DNA from: Saccostrea echinata
Lineage: Eukaryota
Direction: 5' to 3'
Assembly (NCBI RefSeq): GCF_033153115.1
Contig: NW_026889764.1
Coordinates: 10,602,001-10,666,000, forward strand
Length of the DNA: 64,000 bases
Shown here: in pieces, positions 39,935 through 53,927 of the stretch
Numbering within the stretch: position 1 is the first letter of the stretch
Layout: each line of letters starts with the position of its first letter
The notes under the pieces: model-generated
Told to the model about the DNA's origin: nothing
The model's input: only the letters and a program-made list of their open reading frames with translations
The model's database searches: none
Translations under genes and position numbers: made by a program

Positions 39935-42900
39935 CAGTGATTTTTCTACACCCAATTTGGGTCCGAATATCGGCCCTTTCCCCTAGGAAAAATTTCCGAT
40001 TTTTCCCAATTTGAGTTGTTTTTTTTTCCCCAATAAAAATTGAGTAAAATATTTTCGTTGTTGTTCTTATTTACTTGATTTTTTTTCGTACGACTTATCT
40101 AAAATTGAACGCAATGAATCTCCGTCATTCAGACTCTTCCATCCATACTGAAAAAACAGGTGCTGTATGTTGCGTCTGAAAGACCAAGACAACACGGCAT
40201 GGTTCGGGGGAAAATCTGAAATCATGTCGCATAATGCAAAATATTATGTTAAAAGACTTCGCAAGAAGGATACAACTGGACTGACGAAAATATCTAAGTT
40301 TTTTGTAAGTCCAAATACAAGCAGAGGTATAAATGATCCAAGTACAAGTAGTCAGTTAACGAGTACAAGCGATTGGTGTGTCGAGGATTCTACACACGCG
40401 CACGACGAATCAGAAACAGCTTGTAGCAAAGAACACATAAAAAAAACCTGAAGTAAGTTCGAGCAATATCATGTCTGCCGTCGCAGCTAGCAAAAGTCAA
40501 GGTGATCAGTCATCTCCCAGAAAAAAACTTGAAGTAAGTTCGAGCAATGTCATGTCTTCCGTCGCAGCTAGCAAAAGTCAAGGTGATCAGTCATCTTCAA
40601 GCCTGAAATTTGATGATTGTGAAGGTAAATTGAAGCAATTTGACCAGAGAAAGTTTTATTCACATAAGTATGAAAGTCAATACACATGGTTGTATTATTC
40701 AAATGTGAAAGGAGGGTATTTGTGTAAATACTGTGAACTTTTCTCAGACTCTGTGACTACTGATTTGGATAAGCCATTCATTAATAAAGGTGCAGCTCTT
40801 GGTACACACCCTACAAGAGTTTTAGAAAAACATGAAGGAAGTAAGAAGCATAAATTTTCTGTTCAAAGATATACATGCTCACGAGGCAATGTAAATGTTT
40901 ACAAACAAGTACAAATGGCATTCAGTGATAATGTAGAAAAAGAAGATAAAAGAAACAGAGCTGTTGTTAAGAAGATTTTCCAGTGTGTGGATTTTCTAGT
41001 GAGGCAGAAGTGGGCAGTCTCTGAAAATACTGAGAAATTAGTCAGATTTGTTGCCAGCATGGGGGACAGCGACCTGAAGCCTCATTGTGACAGTAGTTCA
41101 AAAAAAACATCATACTTGTCTTCTCATAGTGTTACACAAATGGTTCAGTGTATTTCAGATTTTCATGAAAGAGAACTCTTGTCTGAAATGAGAGATAAAG
41201 AATTTTCATTGTTGGCTGACGAAAGTACTGACATAGCCAATAGGAGCCAGTTGTGTGTAATGGCTAGGTATGGAAATTCAGATGGCGAAATTGCAACACA
41301 TTTTTTAGGTTTTGTCAATCTAACAAAAGGCACAGCTGAAGCCATAATGGAGGCAATTAAATCATTTCTACTTGCCAAAAACATAGACATGGCCAAAATC
41401 AGGTTCATTGCCTTAGACGGTTGCAACACAATGAGTGGAGAGCATAAAGGTATCAAAATTAAAAGAATAGTCTTCTTTCAAATGCTACATGTACTTGTAA
41501 ATTAGTTTATATTTATTGCAATCTAGACACTGTACATAACATTGTTCTCATTAATTTATATTTAATATTATTAGTAAAGGGTTAGTGAAAGAATCAACAG
41601 TTCCTGACTTGACTTCATGACACAATGACATAAATTAGTTACAATTTTCCGCTGATTTTTTTTCAGGACTGCAGAGACGAATCAGACACGAAAGTCCATT
41701 CGCACTGTTTGTTAACTGTCGAAATCATCGCCTAGCCTTGTGCTTAGTCCATCTTATCAAAAGATATCCAGTACTTCAAGAAATTGATTCCACACTACTG
41801 GCACTATGGAAGCTATTTGAGTTTTCACCATAGAAGCTGGCTGTTTTCAAACATATTCAATCTGTCTATGGGAAGGAACCACTTACTATTCTTCGTGCAG
41901 CTACTACCAGATGGTTGTCTCATCTTCATGCATCTTCCAGATTTATTTCAAGGTACACTTTTTCCTCAGTTTATCAATAATTTAGCCTCATCAGACAGTC
42001 TTCAAAAGTTTGATTTCAATACAAGGTGCATTATTTTTTTTTATGAAATTCAGATACAACTGTATACTTGATACACTTGATGCACTATATGAAGATAAAA
42101 AAGACCCAGAGGTATATGGCATCAGGGCATCTATAACAAAGAAAAGTTTACTGGCAGGTATCTTACTCCTATGTGACATTTTGAAACCAGTACACATGCT
42201 TTCCCTCTATCTTCAACATGAAGACATAAATTTTACCATGCTTCCCATCCATGTCAAAGAAACCATTGACTCACTTCATCTACTGGTTGAAAACTACCAG
42301 AGAAATCAGTTAAATGACACAGAGTACCAGAAATGTGGTGAGCTGTTCCTAGAAGTGGATGACAGAACCAACCTTGCAAGGAGAATGAGAGCTGCAGCAG
42401 CAAATGAATTAACACCAGAATCCTTTCTTGAACAAACAGGTATTTTTATTTAAATCCTAATAAAAACTTTTATTTACAATTTCTATGATTGCCAGGTTAG
42501 GATTTTTATACTTAGTTTTATCATTTGATTTCATTTTATCATTTAATTTTATCATTGTAGGAATTCCACTGATCTATGATCTGATACAGGAAATTGAGGA
42601 TGCTTTCTGTACAGGATCTGCTGTCCTTCCATCATTTGGTATACTGGATCCACATAATCTACCAGACACTGTGCAGGAACTTTTGGATTACAATCAGGTA
42701 TAGCCATTAATTTATCATTGTAACCATCCAGGTAATAAAATGGGTTTTATTGCCTCATAGCATGATATTAATTTGAGAAATACTTTAAAAAATAGTTTCA
42801 TTTTTTTGTTAAACTTTGAGTTTTTTTCCAGGAGAGCATAAACAGGTTAGTTGAGTTTTATGGAACTGCAAAAGACGACACATTCCTTGGACACAGAGTC

Positions 42901-43978
42901 CAGGTTCGAGCACAGTTTGACCCTGTGGCCCTCAGGACAGAGCTTGAAAATTTTAAGCGACACCTTTTCATTTTGAGGTAACTTTCAATGCACTGCATGC
43001 AGTTATTGTTCATAATTGTTATAATTTTACTCTTGATTTTTTAACATTTGTTTTCATTCTACTGTTTATTCTAACCCCAGTTGTGAATTTGGAATTTTGG
43101 AATGTTATTTTTTCTGTGTTCTTTTTTCAATGTTTAGTTACTATAGTACTGGCAGAGAAATTGAGCAAGTGGACTCAAAGGTAATAATGGTAATATGTAT
43201 TTATATAAATATTTATTGAAAATCTTTGAAATCAAAATACTAATAAACTTGATATATAATTAATTATTTGCTGATGAATTAATAAATCAATTGTCAAATG
43301 TAAATTTATTTCATTTAAAAAAAGCAAAGAGGAAAATTAAATAATTGGAAAATTTACATGATGACAAGTATTTTTGATCTGATATTATGAATTATCATTT
43401 CTTATTGCCAAATGTATATTTAATTTTTGTGATTGGTTTGAATGAGAAATATCAGCAATATGATTTTTTTTTTCAGGAGAAGAGGATGCACAACTATTCA
43501 AAGCGTATACAGGGAGTTTTGTCAGGATGATGTCTTGAGAGACTGCTTTCCTCTGATATATCATCTGTATTACCTGGCTTTGATTATTCCATCGTCAACA
43601 GCTGTGGTAGAAAGGGGATTTTCGCTTTTGTCAAATATTATCACCAAAAAAAGAAACAGGCTCACTGAACAAAACACAGATGCATTAATGAGGATTTGTC
43701 ACCGGAACAAAGAGTTATGCGATGAAAATTTAGAGAAACTTGTTGACAACTTCAAAGGACTAAGAAAAAGAAAATTACAAATGTAGAATTGTGTGTGATG
43801 AAAATTTTTTATAGCAAATTTATTAAATAGTTATGAAATCTCTTGTACATATTATATATTACACTTATTAAGGTTTAAAAACAATACCATTGATTTTTCC
43901 CAATTTGGTGAAAATGTCGATGATTTTTCCCAAATGTAAAGGTCCAGGCCCCATTTGAAAAATGTAGAAAAATCACTG
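39935..43978 (+). mobile_element. hAT-superfamily DNA transposon with 5-bp TSD (hAT5-like)
   Basis: Perfect 16-bp TIRs CAGTGATTTTTCTACA / TGTAGAAAAATCACTG; TCTAA at 39930-39934 and 43979-43983; encloses a transposase gene. Confidence 0.9.
40224..43786 (+). pseudogene. Multi-exon hAT transposase, inactivated
   Basis: TTF-type Zn finger (WL..CKYC..H....H), LADESTD, ALDGCNTM, CRNHRLAL, TTRWLS and PSSTAVVERGFS..KKRNRL. Approximate exons 40224-41449, 41667-41952, 42054-42439, 42561-42697, 42832-42977, 43477-43786. +1 frameshift in an A-run near 40445 and in-frame TAG at 41831-41833. Confidence 0.88.
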
Positions 43979-46375
43979 TCTAATCTATATCGGACAAAAG
44001 TTGAAACCTTGTACACTTTAAATAGCATAGGAATGGCTTCAGCTGTCCAAAATGATTCATCACTTCCGCAGTTACAGCAGTGAGGTCATGTTGACCTACA
44101 CGTATAAAACATACGGGGCCACAAAGGCTTCAACATAGATTATCGAAAACAGACGCCGTCTAATAGAAATTCTTTATTACCAAATTAAATTTAACTAAGT
44201 CATTGTTCGTGAAAGCAAAATAAATTAATTATTTAAGAATGAAAACATAATATTAACGTTTCCTACAGTCAGACTTCCCATCGCTACTATAATGGCGATT
44301 ATCGGTCTTTTTTTTTTTTTTTTTTTTTTTTAAATATTCTACAGCATCGAGTTGTCCCCGTATGCATATAGTATACAAAATAACAATGGCATTGGATAGC
44401 AATTATTAATATCAGTAACATAGCAAAATATTACGTACTTAATCTTTGAAAGATTGTTAGACAAATAAAACAATTAAATTGTATGAGGAAAAAACAAAAG
44501 TGTTACCTTACCGCTTAAAATAATTTGAAGCTATCCAACACACATGTACTTTTCACGGCGTCCTAAAAGAAACCGAAAAACGACGCTATCTGGACGACCG
44601 GGTCCAGATTTTTGCCGCGCATGATTTTCATTGGGCATTTACTAAATGTTTTCATTTCCAAGAATCACTTGCATTTGCCTCTCCTAATTTGGACACGCCA
44701 CAAACTTCCAAGAATAATGCAAGCGCGATAACTCTGATTATACGCAGAGCATTCCAATGTACATAAAATTTTTTAAGTAAAACTTAAAATTCATTTATTA
44801 TCAGTTTTTATTAATTAAGTTAAAACACGATTAATTTTAATGTATTTAAATTTTTTTTAATAAAAGAGAAATACGTACTGAAAGTCGAAAGCAAGTGTCG
44901 TACTAGGCATCCATTTCGTTAATTAGCCTACCCTTTCAATGTGCGGAGAATTCTATTTTAGCGAGTTTTAAGTCATTTTGAATGAATTAAAATGTTTCTA
45001 AGATTAAGAAATAGTACCGTTATTAGTACCGGTATTAAATGAAACGGTATTTTACCGGTATTTTTGAAGTAACTATTCGGTACGGTATTGGTACCGAGTA
45101 CCGGTATCCAACCCTATTCCTAGACTACTCATCCGATTGTTTGTGGGGGTTTCACAAGATTGGCAATGCATTTTGGGATGGGGAGGGGAAAAAGAATCTA
45201 TCACACCGCAAGAGAATAACAATCAACATTATTTGCATTCTTTGGTTGATCGAAAGTGTGGGATGTATTGTGAGATGCAAGCATACTGAAAACAAACTTT
45301 TATTCACGTGCGACAAATATCCGCAAGTTTCGCGACCTATACCTATACAACTCATGAATATTAATCGCTGCAAGCCATTTATTTTGCTTTGTATTTGTAG
45401 AGAATGTTTCCTCAGTCGCGAAAATTAATTGCCGCAGATTGATTTAGAACTGATGAATTGCGAATAAAAGATGACGCGAATAATAGTTGGTTAACAGTAC
45501 AATAGCTCATACAAATTAGGCATTCTCCGAACATGCTGGTTTTTCTGTATATCTTTTGAAGATCAACAGGACTTCATTTTTCTTTTTTGTCATTTTCTGA
45601 CACAGATTGAAATATGTAAATGGGGAAATAACTCTGAGAACAAAAACATAACAAATTTTTGTTGGTGTGACCATCGTCAATGAGTATAAGTACAGGTATC
45701 TCCCAAACAGGGAATTTCAAAAACGAAAACTGATACCCACTAATATATATGAAACCAACTGAACAGTAGGTGTACAATGTTCTATTTTGGGGACCATATC
45801 CCACACTAAGAATGGCAGTACTCTCGTAACATATATCTGTTAACTCATGCTCAGTTTGTTAAAATTCCCAGGATGAAACTCTGCCATTCAGTTCACTGAA
45901 AGGTGACTGAAAGTCTACTGAAAGGTGACTGAATGGTTGAGCTCTGCCATTCAGTGACCTTTCCAGACTTTTCAGTTACCATTCAGTTGACTGTATGGTG
46001 TAGGTTCATTCTGTAATATATTTTCATTAAACAGTTAAGCATTTATTTGTGGAAATCAATTTATAATTAACACCTGTCGTGAACAGATATCAATGACTAT
46101 TTCATTAACTGAATAATCCTTTGTGATTTTACTGTATGGAATTGTTAAATCTGTTGTCTGCATTGTGTTACACCATTTCTTTTATATGACGTCTCCTCTT
46201 TTGAATAATAACCACTTCCCCACTTTATCTATATTTTAATTTATACAAAATGTTTTCAGGTTAATTACTGAACATAGAATAGTTCATTACATTGACAAGG
46301 TAATAAAAGAACAATAGATTTTCAGTTATAATTTTTTATTACATTAATATTCTTCATGGTAACGACTTCAATTTT

Positions 46376-47355
46376 TTAAAAGTATTCGATTGGATCGTAC
46401 TGAGCCACGAATTTCACATCCTTCACTTTACTCTGATTGTTCAGACCAGTGTATATTTTCACGTGTAAGTAGCGTGGTTGAGCACCTTGCATTTTTACCT
46501 GTAACAATATCGAAGTATAATATGAAATAAATGATTTGTAAAAAAAGATCTAATAATAAAAATAAAACTGAAAAGTTTGTTTTACATTTTGTTTTATAAT
46601 TCTACCTTTTTATGATGTTACCTTGATAAAATAGTTTGTTCCTTTCACGACCTGCTTTTTAAACACCAGGGCCTTCAAAGGTCCAAAAGGCCCCTCCATG
46701 AAAGATGGTAATCTTCGAATAATGGCGTCCCTGTTCTAAAATAATTGTATTCATTTCCTTAAATATCACAATCATTTGAAGAATTATTTTCGGAAAAAAT
46801 TAGTTAAATAAAGAAAAATTAAAATACCGTTAAGCGGGTAATTTTAGCATAGGAAATACTTGGTGAGTTCGATGTCCAAAAAAAGTAATTAATAATTTTG
46901 GCTTTATTTATTTATTTATATATTTATTTTTGGTGCATTTTCAATTTAAAATAAATATATGATTATTATTATTTTAGTTCATTCAAATTAGCAACAAACC
47001 ATCTTTTGGTAATATCACGTATTTATTTATGGTCATTGATTACACAAAACAGATAAGATGCGTTGAATTCAATAATAACCCTTCAGTCAATCTTATGGAA
47101 ATTTTGGTGCTTTAATTTTAAAAGAATCTTCTTTAATCCGCCAAAAAAAATCACAGCTTGCAAAACTTATCCTATGTACGGTGTAAAAATAAAAACGAAG
47201 AGTAAAAATTATCGCATTCTCTTGCATACCTTTTGAACAAGGGCTTGTTCGCCAGGTCCTGCATACTCCTGTGGACCGAGACCTCCGGGAGTGCAGTATG
47301 TCTCAGTGATGATCGCCAAGAGGAGACCAAGAGCAAATACTGAAAGCCCGTTCAT
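46376..47355 (-). CDS. Predicted secreted stefin-like cystatin F, 120 aa
   Basis: Exons 47355-47230, 46735-46622, 46498-46376. MNGLSVFALGLLLAIITETYCTPGGLGPQEYAGPGEQALVQK/NRDAIIRRLPSFMEGPFGPLKALVFKKQVVKGTNYFIK/VKMQGAQPRYLHVKIYTGLNNQSKVKDVKFVAQYDPIEYF. Confidence 0.92.
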
Positions 47356-49521
47356 GATGCTGTTTCGGTTTTTGGAAGTGAGGATTTCTTGTGCTTACCA
47401 TGACTTTTATAGCATATAGCCCTTTGCCCAAATGTTGCAAATGTACACTCCTGCCATAACTGAAAGTACTGTTTCACGTAGGTTAATGGTGTAAACATGG
47501 CACACAATGTGTTGTTTCTGTTCATTATTGTATCTGTGTACGTCATGTTTGTCAAGTTATCGTAATTGATAATTATGAGGTATTAATTTGCTATTAAAAT
47601 TGATTTGCATTTACCTTTTATCAATTGTTTAATGAGTATTATCCAAAATTATTAAAATCTGATTTGTTTTAGAAAAAAATTAGAAAATTATTTAGCATTC
47701 AGATATATGTCAAAAAGGTTCAGTTCTTTCCTTCATAAAAAAATAATACCTAAACCCTTTTAAAAAATCAACCAATTTTTATTATGTTCAGTATTCAAAT
47801 AAAAAATAGTAAATAAAGTGTATAATTTGTACCCGGTTTATACCTTTGGGGAATAATATATTGTACATGGGTGAGTTTTTATCAACTACTAGTAATGTAC
47901 GACATATGTTATAGTTTGATACTAAGCTGTGATTTGAAAATAAGCCGATCTTGAAAAGAAGCCCCCAATTTCTTATCAACATGTAAAGACAGATGCGGCT
48001 GATTTTCAAGGTTTAAGGGTAGTTATACCTTATTGTTCAGTAAAATGAAAGCAAAACAATATAGTCACTTTTCCCCATTTTAATATTAGACAATAGCTTC
48101 GTTACAACTGAAGGGCCGGTATTATAGAAATCTAAATAATAATACTTGTGAATTTCTTATATTTTGATATGATTTTTCTCTGACATTGAAAGTAAATTTC
48201 TAAGAAACTTTACAGAGAATTGTATTTCATTTAAAATATTTGAATCTGCATTATCTTTTGCCAAACATGAATGATTCAACAACATACAGTTTATATTTAA
48301 GAAAGCACTCGTACACAATATAGAATAGATCATTGGTGGTTTTAAGCAAAGAAACAGTTTGTTTTTCTGTTATTTCTTGATTTATCGTAAAGCAAAGAAG
48401 ATAATTAAGTGCATATCATTATTTGGTTCTATTCTACTTAATTGAAATTCATTTGTTTGATATTAATTTGTTATATTTTGTTTATTTTGACACAGTTTTA
48501 ATAAAAGCAAAATGCGTAACTGAATAAAAATCAATCATCATTAAATGCAATAAGAATTATGTTTTTGTATTCCTTAGATAATGTTTTTCATTTCTATTAC
48601 GACCTTTTTTTTGGTTGATGAGAAATCAGCTTTTCTGAAACATTTCAGCTTTTCTGAAACATTTCTTTTGTACAGTACCTGCATCAACAAAAGCCGGCTC
48701 TACATTTTTTGATAGGTGTAACAGATTCTAATTTTCTATTCCTAAATTTGCTAGGGAGGAAAGTCTCTTTCCTTACAAATATATAACTGATTTGGTAGTA
48801 AATTTCTGTTAAACATATCAATCGATTTTTGTAATAAATAATTTCATTAGTTTCCAATAGTAAGGTAATCAACAGAAAAGGTACATTTTGTCGAATTCTA
48901 GGAAGAATATGCTAAGTAGTAGTCATCCTTAATCTTAATCAAATATACATATTTACAAAAACTCCTTCTCAACAAAACTTTTTTGTTTTACAACAAGTTT
49001 CTCCAATTGAAAATAGGTCTGTAAATCGTTTTTACATACGTGTGCATAAGAAGAAGGAAACAATTCATATTGTAAGACATTCATGATAATTGTTTGATAT
49101 TTGGGACTTCATAAAGCATTTCATTTATACTTTTTATAAGGAAGAAATGCTGCATGGTATCATTAAACTTAATGTGTCAGTGTAAACTTTAATACAACAA
49201 AAGAATAAAAACATGGTAACTTCTGAATGCCATTTTTGGACTGTAACACTGCTATACAAAAAGAGAATTTAATAAAATATTTTCATACTTAGTTTAAATA
49301 AAATGACAAAAAACTAAACTTTGTACAATAATGATGAAAACTGAAAATATCTATATCACCTGTTTATTAGTGGCTAGAGGCCAAATTTTTAATTACTTTT
49401 AGGAGCATGCTGCTCTAATAATGTATTTAACAGCTGCGACGTTTTCAAACAATCTTCCCATTGTTTTCACCAGTATATAAACACTCAATTTCTAGCATTG
49501 ATACTGATATTCTAAATCACA

Positions 49522-50331
49522 ATGAAGGTCTCTGTTGCAATTATTTTCAGTTTAGCGGTCACTGCTGTGTTTCTTGTGAATGCTACATCTATTGCTGGAG
49601 GACTTGGTAAAGCCAAACTCGCCACTCCAGAAATCCAACAACTTGTTGATTCTGTAAGTATGGCATATATACTGTAGTATATTTCATGTTTATAATATTG
49701 ATTTTCAGGAAAAGCCCCTCGGTATCTATTCTAACGATCATCTTTGAAAAATAATGAAATTAAATCATATGTACTGTGCACTGAATTTTTACTGCAACAA
49801 GTAACCAGTTTTTGAATAAATATCTAATGTATATATCACAATTAATGATACAGGTGCGCGATGATATAATCAGCCATCTTCCTATTGGATACGACAGAGA
49901 AATGCCGCTGCCACTTAAAGCTCGTTTTTACAGGGAACAAGTGGTCGCTGGCACGAACTATTTTATCAAGGTACAGATTTTAAAAATCTATTACAAACCT
50001 TAAATGCCAATCATATTTCATGTACATTATTTTCATATTTTTGCTCTCTTTGTTGCATATACTGTGTTTGAAATTTGAAAAGTTTTCTTTTCTGTGTAAA
50101 TATCGATTTTAATCTAATAATTTGCATTTATATATTTGTTTTTCAAGTAACATTTGTTATTAATATCAACAGTTTGTAACATTTAATAGTTTATTCTTCT
50201 ATCAATTACAGATTCAAACAGGCCCCTTAAGGTTTATCCACGTTAGAATTTATGAAAATCTTGATGGAGTCGCTTCTGTAACCGGTATCCAGCTTCAAAA
50301 ATCCATTAGAGATCCGATTGAATACTTTTAA
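49522..50331 (+). CDS. Predicted secreted stefin-like cystatin G, 122 aa
   Basis: Exons 49522-49653, 49854-49970, 50212-50331. MKVSVAIIFSLAVTAVFLVNATSIAGGLGKAKLATPEIQQLVDS/VRDDIISHLPIGYDREMPLPLKARFYREQVVAGTNYFIK/IQTGPLRFIHVRIYENLDGVASVTGIQLQKSIRDPIEYF; TATATAAA at ~49474; AATAAA at ~50408. Confidence 0.93.
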
Positions 50332-51063
50332 AACTGTCGTGATATTACTAAATAGTCTTTTGATATGGATATTTTTAAATGATTTGATTTCTTGCTATAA
50401 AGTAAACGAATAAAGTTTAGAAAAAGAGTTTAAGGAAAAAAATTACTTTTTTTACTTCACATGATATAACACCTAAATTTCAAAAGTTATAAGATGATAG
50501 CGGATATTGCGGTTTCACAACATCATCCAAATACTGAAATAAATGAATTTCATGACATCAATATTATTGTTTGTACATTGTATTTCCGACATTGCCTGTT
50601 GAAATAAAATATTTGCAAGTAATCCATGTGACTTAATTCCAAACAAAAGCTAAAAGGCTCAATTTTCAAATTCTACCAATAACTTTGTAGATAAAGGTAA
50701 AAAAAATATTATTGATCTTATGAAACTGTCATGTTTCCTGGTATTGAATGCATCATTAAATGCTACATTGAATGCGAAAATATTTTATGCTCATTTTTAA
50801 TAAATCATCGATTATCGATGTTTTCCAAAGAATCTGTGATTTAAGAATTAATATTCTAAGAAGTTTCCTCACAAAAAATGAGGTATATAACCAGGTATTG
50901 GTGTAAGATTCCAGGAGATGGCATTTCCTACATAATCCTATTGTGAATCTCTTGAATGGCTGATATTACAGATTTTCAGTACATAATTTCTAAAACATTT
51001 TGGATGTGATTTAGAAATCATAAGTTAGTTTTAGGGATGAATATGTTTGGTATAAAACGAAGG

Positions 51064-51098
<35 letters not shown>

Positions 51099-52308
51099 CA
51101 CATTGGCTAGGCAAAAGCACAATCAGTATTGAAAAGACCGGGGGGGGGGGGGGGAGGGGGGCTTGAATTTTAAACTACCTGATGATGCTTCCATGTCAAT
51201 ATAACAAATGGCTTTGTTGTACTTGAGAAGATTTTTTAAAAAAAAATCCCATATATTCCTTTGTAAAAATTTGATCCCTCATTGTGGCTCCTCCCTATCC
51301 CAGGGGTCATCATTTGAACAAACTTGAATCTACACTACCTGAGGATGCTTCCATATCAATATGACTAAATATAGCTTTTCTGTTCTTGAGAAGAAATATT
51401 TTTTTCTATATGTTCTTATGTAAAACTTTCCATCCCCCATTGGGCCCCATCCTACCCCTGGGGGTCATCATTTAACAAAATTGAATCTACACTACCTGAG
51501 GATGCTTCCATATCAATATGACTAAACATAGCTTTTCTGTTCTTGAGAAGAAATATTTTTTCTATATGTTCTTATGTAAACATTCCATCCCCCATTGGGC
51601 CCCATCCTACCCCTGGGGGTCATCATTTAACAAAATTGAATCTACACTACCTGAGGATGCTTCCATATCAATATGACTAAACATAGCTTTTCTGTTCTTC
51701 AGAAGAAGATATTTTCCTTTATATTTCTATATAAAACTTTGATCCTCCATTGCAGCCCCGCCCTACCCCCGGGGGTCATTATTTGAACAAATTTGAATCT
51801 ACACTACCTGAGGATGCTTCCATATAAATATGACTCATCATAGCTTTGCTGTTCTTGAGAAGAAGATTTTTAAAGATTTTTCCTATATATTTCTATGTAA
51901 AACTTTGATCCTCCATTGTGGCCCCACCCTACCCCCGGGGGTCATGATTTGAACAAACTTGAATCTACACTACCTGAGGATGCTTCTATATAAATATGAC
52001 TCATCATGGCTTTGCTGTTCTTGAGAAGAAGATTTTTAAAGATTTTTCCTATATATTTCTATGTAAAAATTTGATCCTCCATTGCAGCCCCGCCCTACCC
52101 CCGGGGGTCATGATTTGAACAAACTTGAATGTACACTACCTAAGGATGCTTCCACATGAGTTTCATCTTTCCTGGCCCTATGGTTCTTGAGAAGAAGATT
52201 TTTAAATGATGCCATTATTTTTTTTCAGTAATTCCTAATTATCTCCCCTTGAAAGAGGGTGTGGTCCTTCATTTGAACAAATTTGAATCCCCTTTACCCA
52301 AGGATACT

Positions 52309-52388
<80 letters not shown>

Positions 52389-52408
52389 AGACGGACGCCG
52401 GACAAAAT

Positions 52409-52455
<47 letters not shown>
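51064..52455 (+). mobile_element. Satellite-bearing non-autonomous Helentron/HINE (Cg170/CvA-like)
   Basis: Starts aacaagaggcccatgggccac with subTIR gctcacctgagc; about 7 units of 156-166 bp (gaatctacactacctgaggatgcttcc); acagacagacgg microsatellite; ends agctcacttgagct..gctcaggtgagctaaaaa. Confidence 0.85.
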
Positions 52456-52456
<1 letters not shown>

Positions 52457-53927
52457 GACGTTCTTAGAACGTGTTGTCAGTCCTTAAGGATTGCAATGAA
52501 TCCAATATTTGTTTATTGCTTTATGCCAGTTGCAACAAACTTGCTTTTTATTTTGTAAAATGGAAGGGAAAATAAATACTGTTTCTATGTTTGTATAAGT
52601 AAAATGAATAAGTTAAGCCACATAATAAAATAAAATTTTCTTTCAAGACTTCACAGTTATGTTTCATAAAGCCTTAAATATGTGTGGGTTTATAAAAGGC
52701 GAATTACAAAAAGTGAAAAATATGAACATCATAAAAAATGTACAATTTCTTCAATATTTTAGAAAATTTATATTTGCCTTAAAATCCACAAAGAAATACA
52801 AATCCATGCATTGATAATTTTTTGTTTGTGATACAAATTTAAAAAAGGAAAAAAAAGAACAATTATGATTAAATCAATTCAGATGAAAATCTCTAGTAAT
52901 CAAAAAAATACTTTATCATTGATATTTTCATAGAAATTGAAATGCTAGTTATTCTGTCTGTGGGAAAAACACTGTCATTTGGAATACAGAATCTTCACTC
53001 GTAATTTACATGTATTTACAGTCAAAGTGTGTTACAAGTTTAGACTGATAGAGTACACAAGTGAAGACTAGGATGTCAATGGAACTGTTCAAATTCTAAT
53101 TGATATTGAGATGCAAAATCGAGTCCCTTTCAATAAAAATGTAAAATAAGTTTATGTAAAAAGGTTGCGTTTTCATTATTATTTCCATTAACAAATTTGA
53201 AACGTCTACGAGTGTTGTTCGGTAAAAACATGGACAAGTCATCTATAGTGAAAAGTGCTCTGAGTATATGTCTAAAATTTGTAGACCTCCACCTGCAAGT
53301 GATGGCGTCTCAATATGAGTGAAAATTCTCGAAAGGGACGTTAAACAAACAAACGCTATTGCCAGTAACTGTTTGTCCGTAATATGCTTTGTTCATTTAG
53401 GGGGCTGGATGCCAAATTTTTGAATTAAAAATCGCCCATGCATTTGTATGAAATAAAGATTTACTTTTATATTTTTTTATCTTCTGTTACTGGTTTAAGT
53501 CTGTTTAGGCGTCATTAGGAATTTATATAAAACTGTAATGAAGGAATTCTTCTCCGGTGCTCCGTAACGTTATGAAACGGAACATTTTGTCGTCTGAAGC
53601 GTTTACCTCTTTCCATTTAAGATTCTTAAAAAACTACCAAGATTCTATATATGAAATTATTTTTTCCATTCTACATTCAGCAATTTAATGGACCATTTTC
53701 TTTGCCAAGTGTCTTGTTGAAAGAATTATTATATATTTTCTTTCTGATTTTTCATTTAAGTTTTCAATCCTCTTCATTTATTAAATGTTTTCATTTAATA
53801 AACGTTTATTCTAATAAATCTCAGAATATTCAATTATTATTTATATAAACAAGCTTTTAACAACAGTAATCATTCACTTCAATTTATTCATTACACTAAT
53901 AATGTACATTTTTCCAACTCTTGGTCA

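Larger units (their letters stand above)
34449..45116. mobile_element. Non-autonomous hAT shell (TAGGG TIR, 8-bp TSD) enclosing nested elements
   Basis: TAGGGTTGGATACCG ... CGGTATCCAACCCTA; flanks ATCCTAGA / TTCCTAGA; subterminal taccggta repeats at both ends. Confidence 0.8.

Noticed and set aside
39589-40014. Phe-rich membrane-protein-like ORFs
   Set aside because: Translation of poly-T low-complexity tracts.
52249-52452. 67-aa ORF
   Set aside because: Lies inside the non-coding satellite-bearing Helentron/HINE element.
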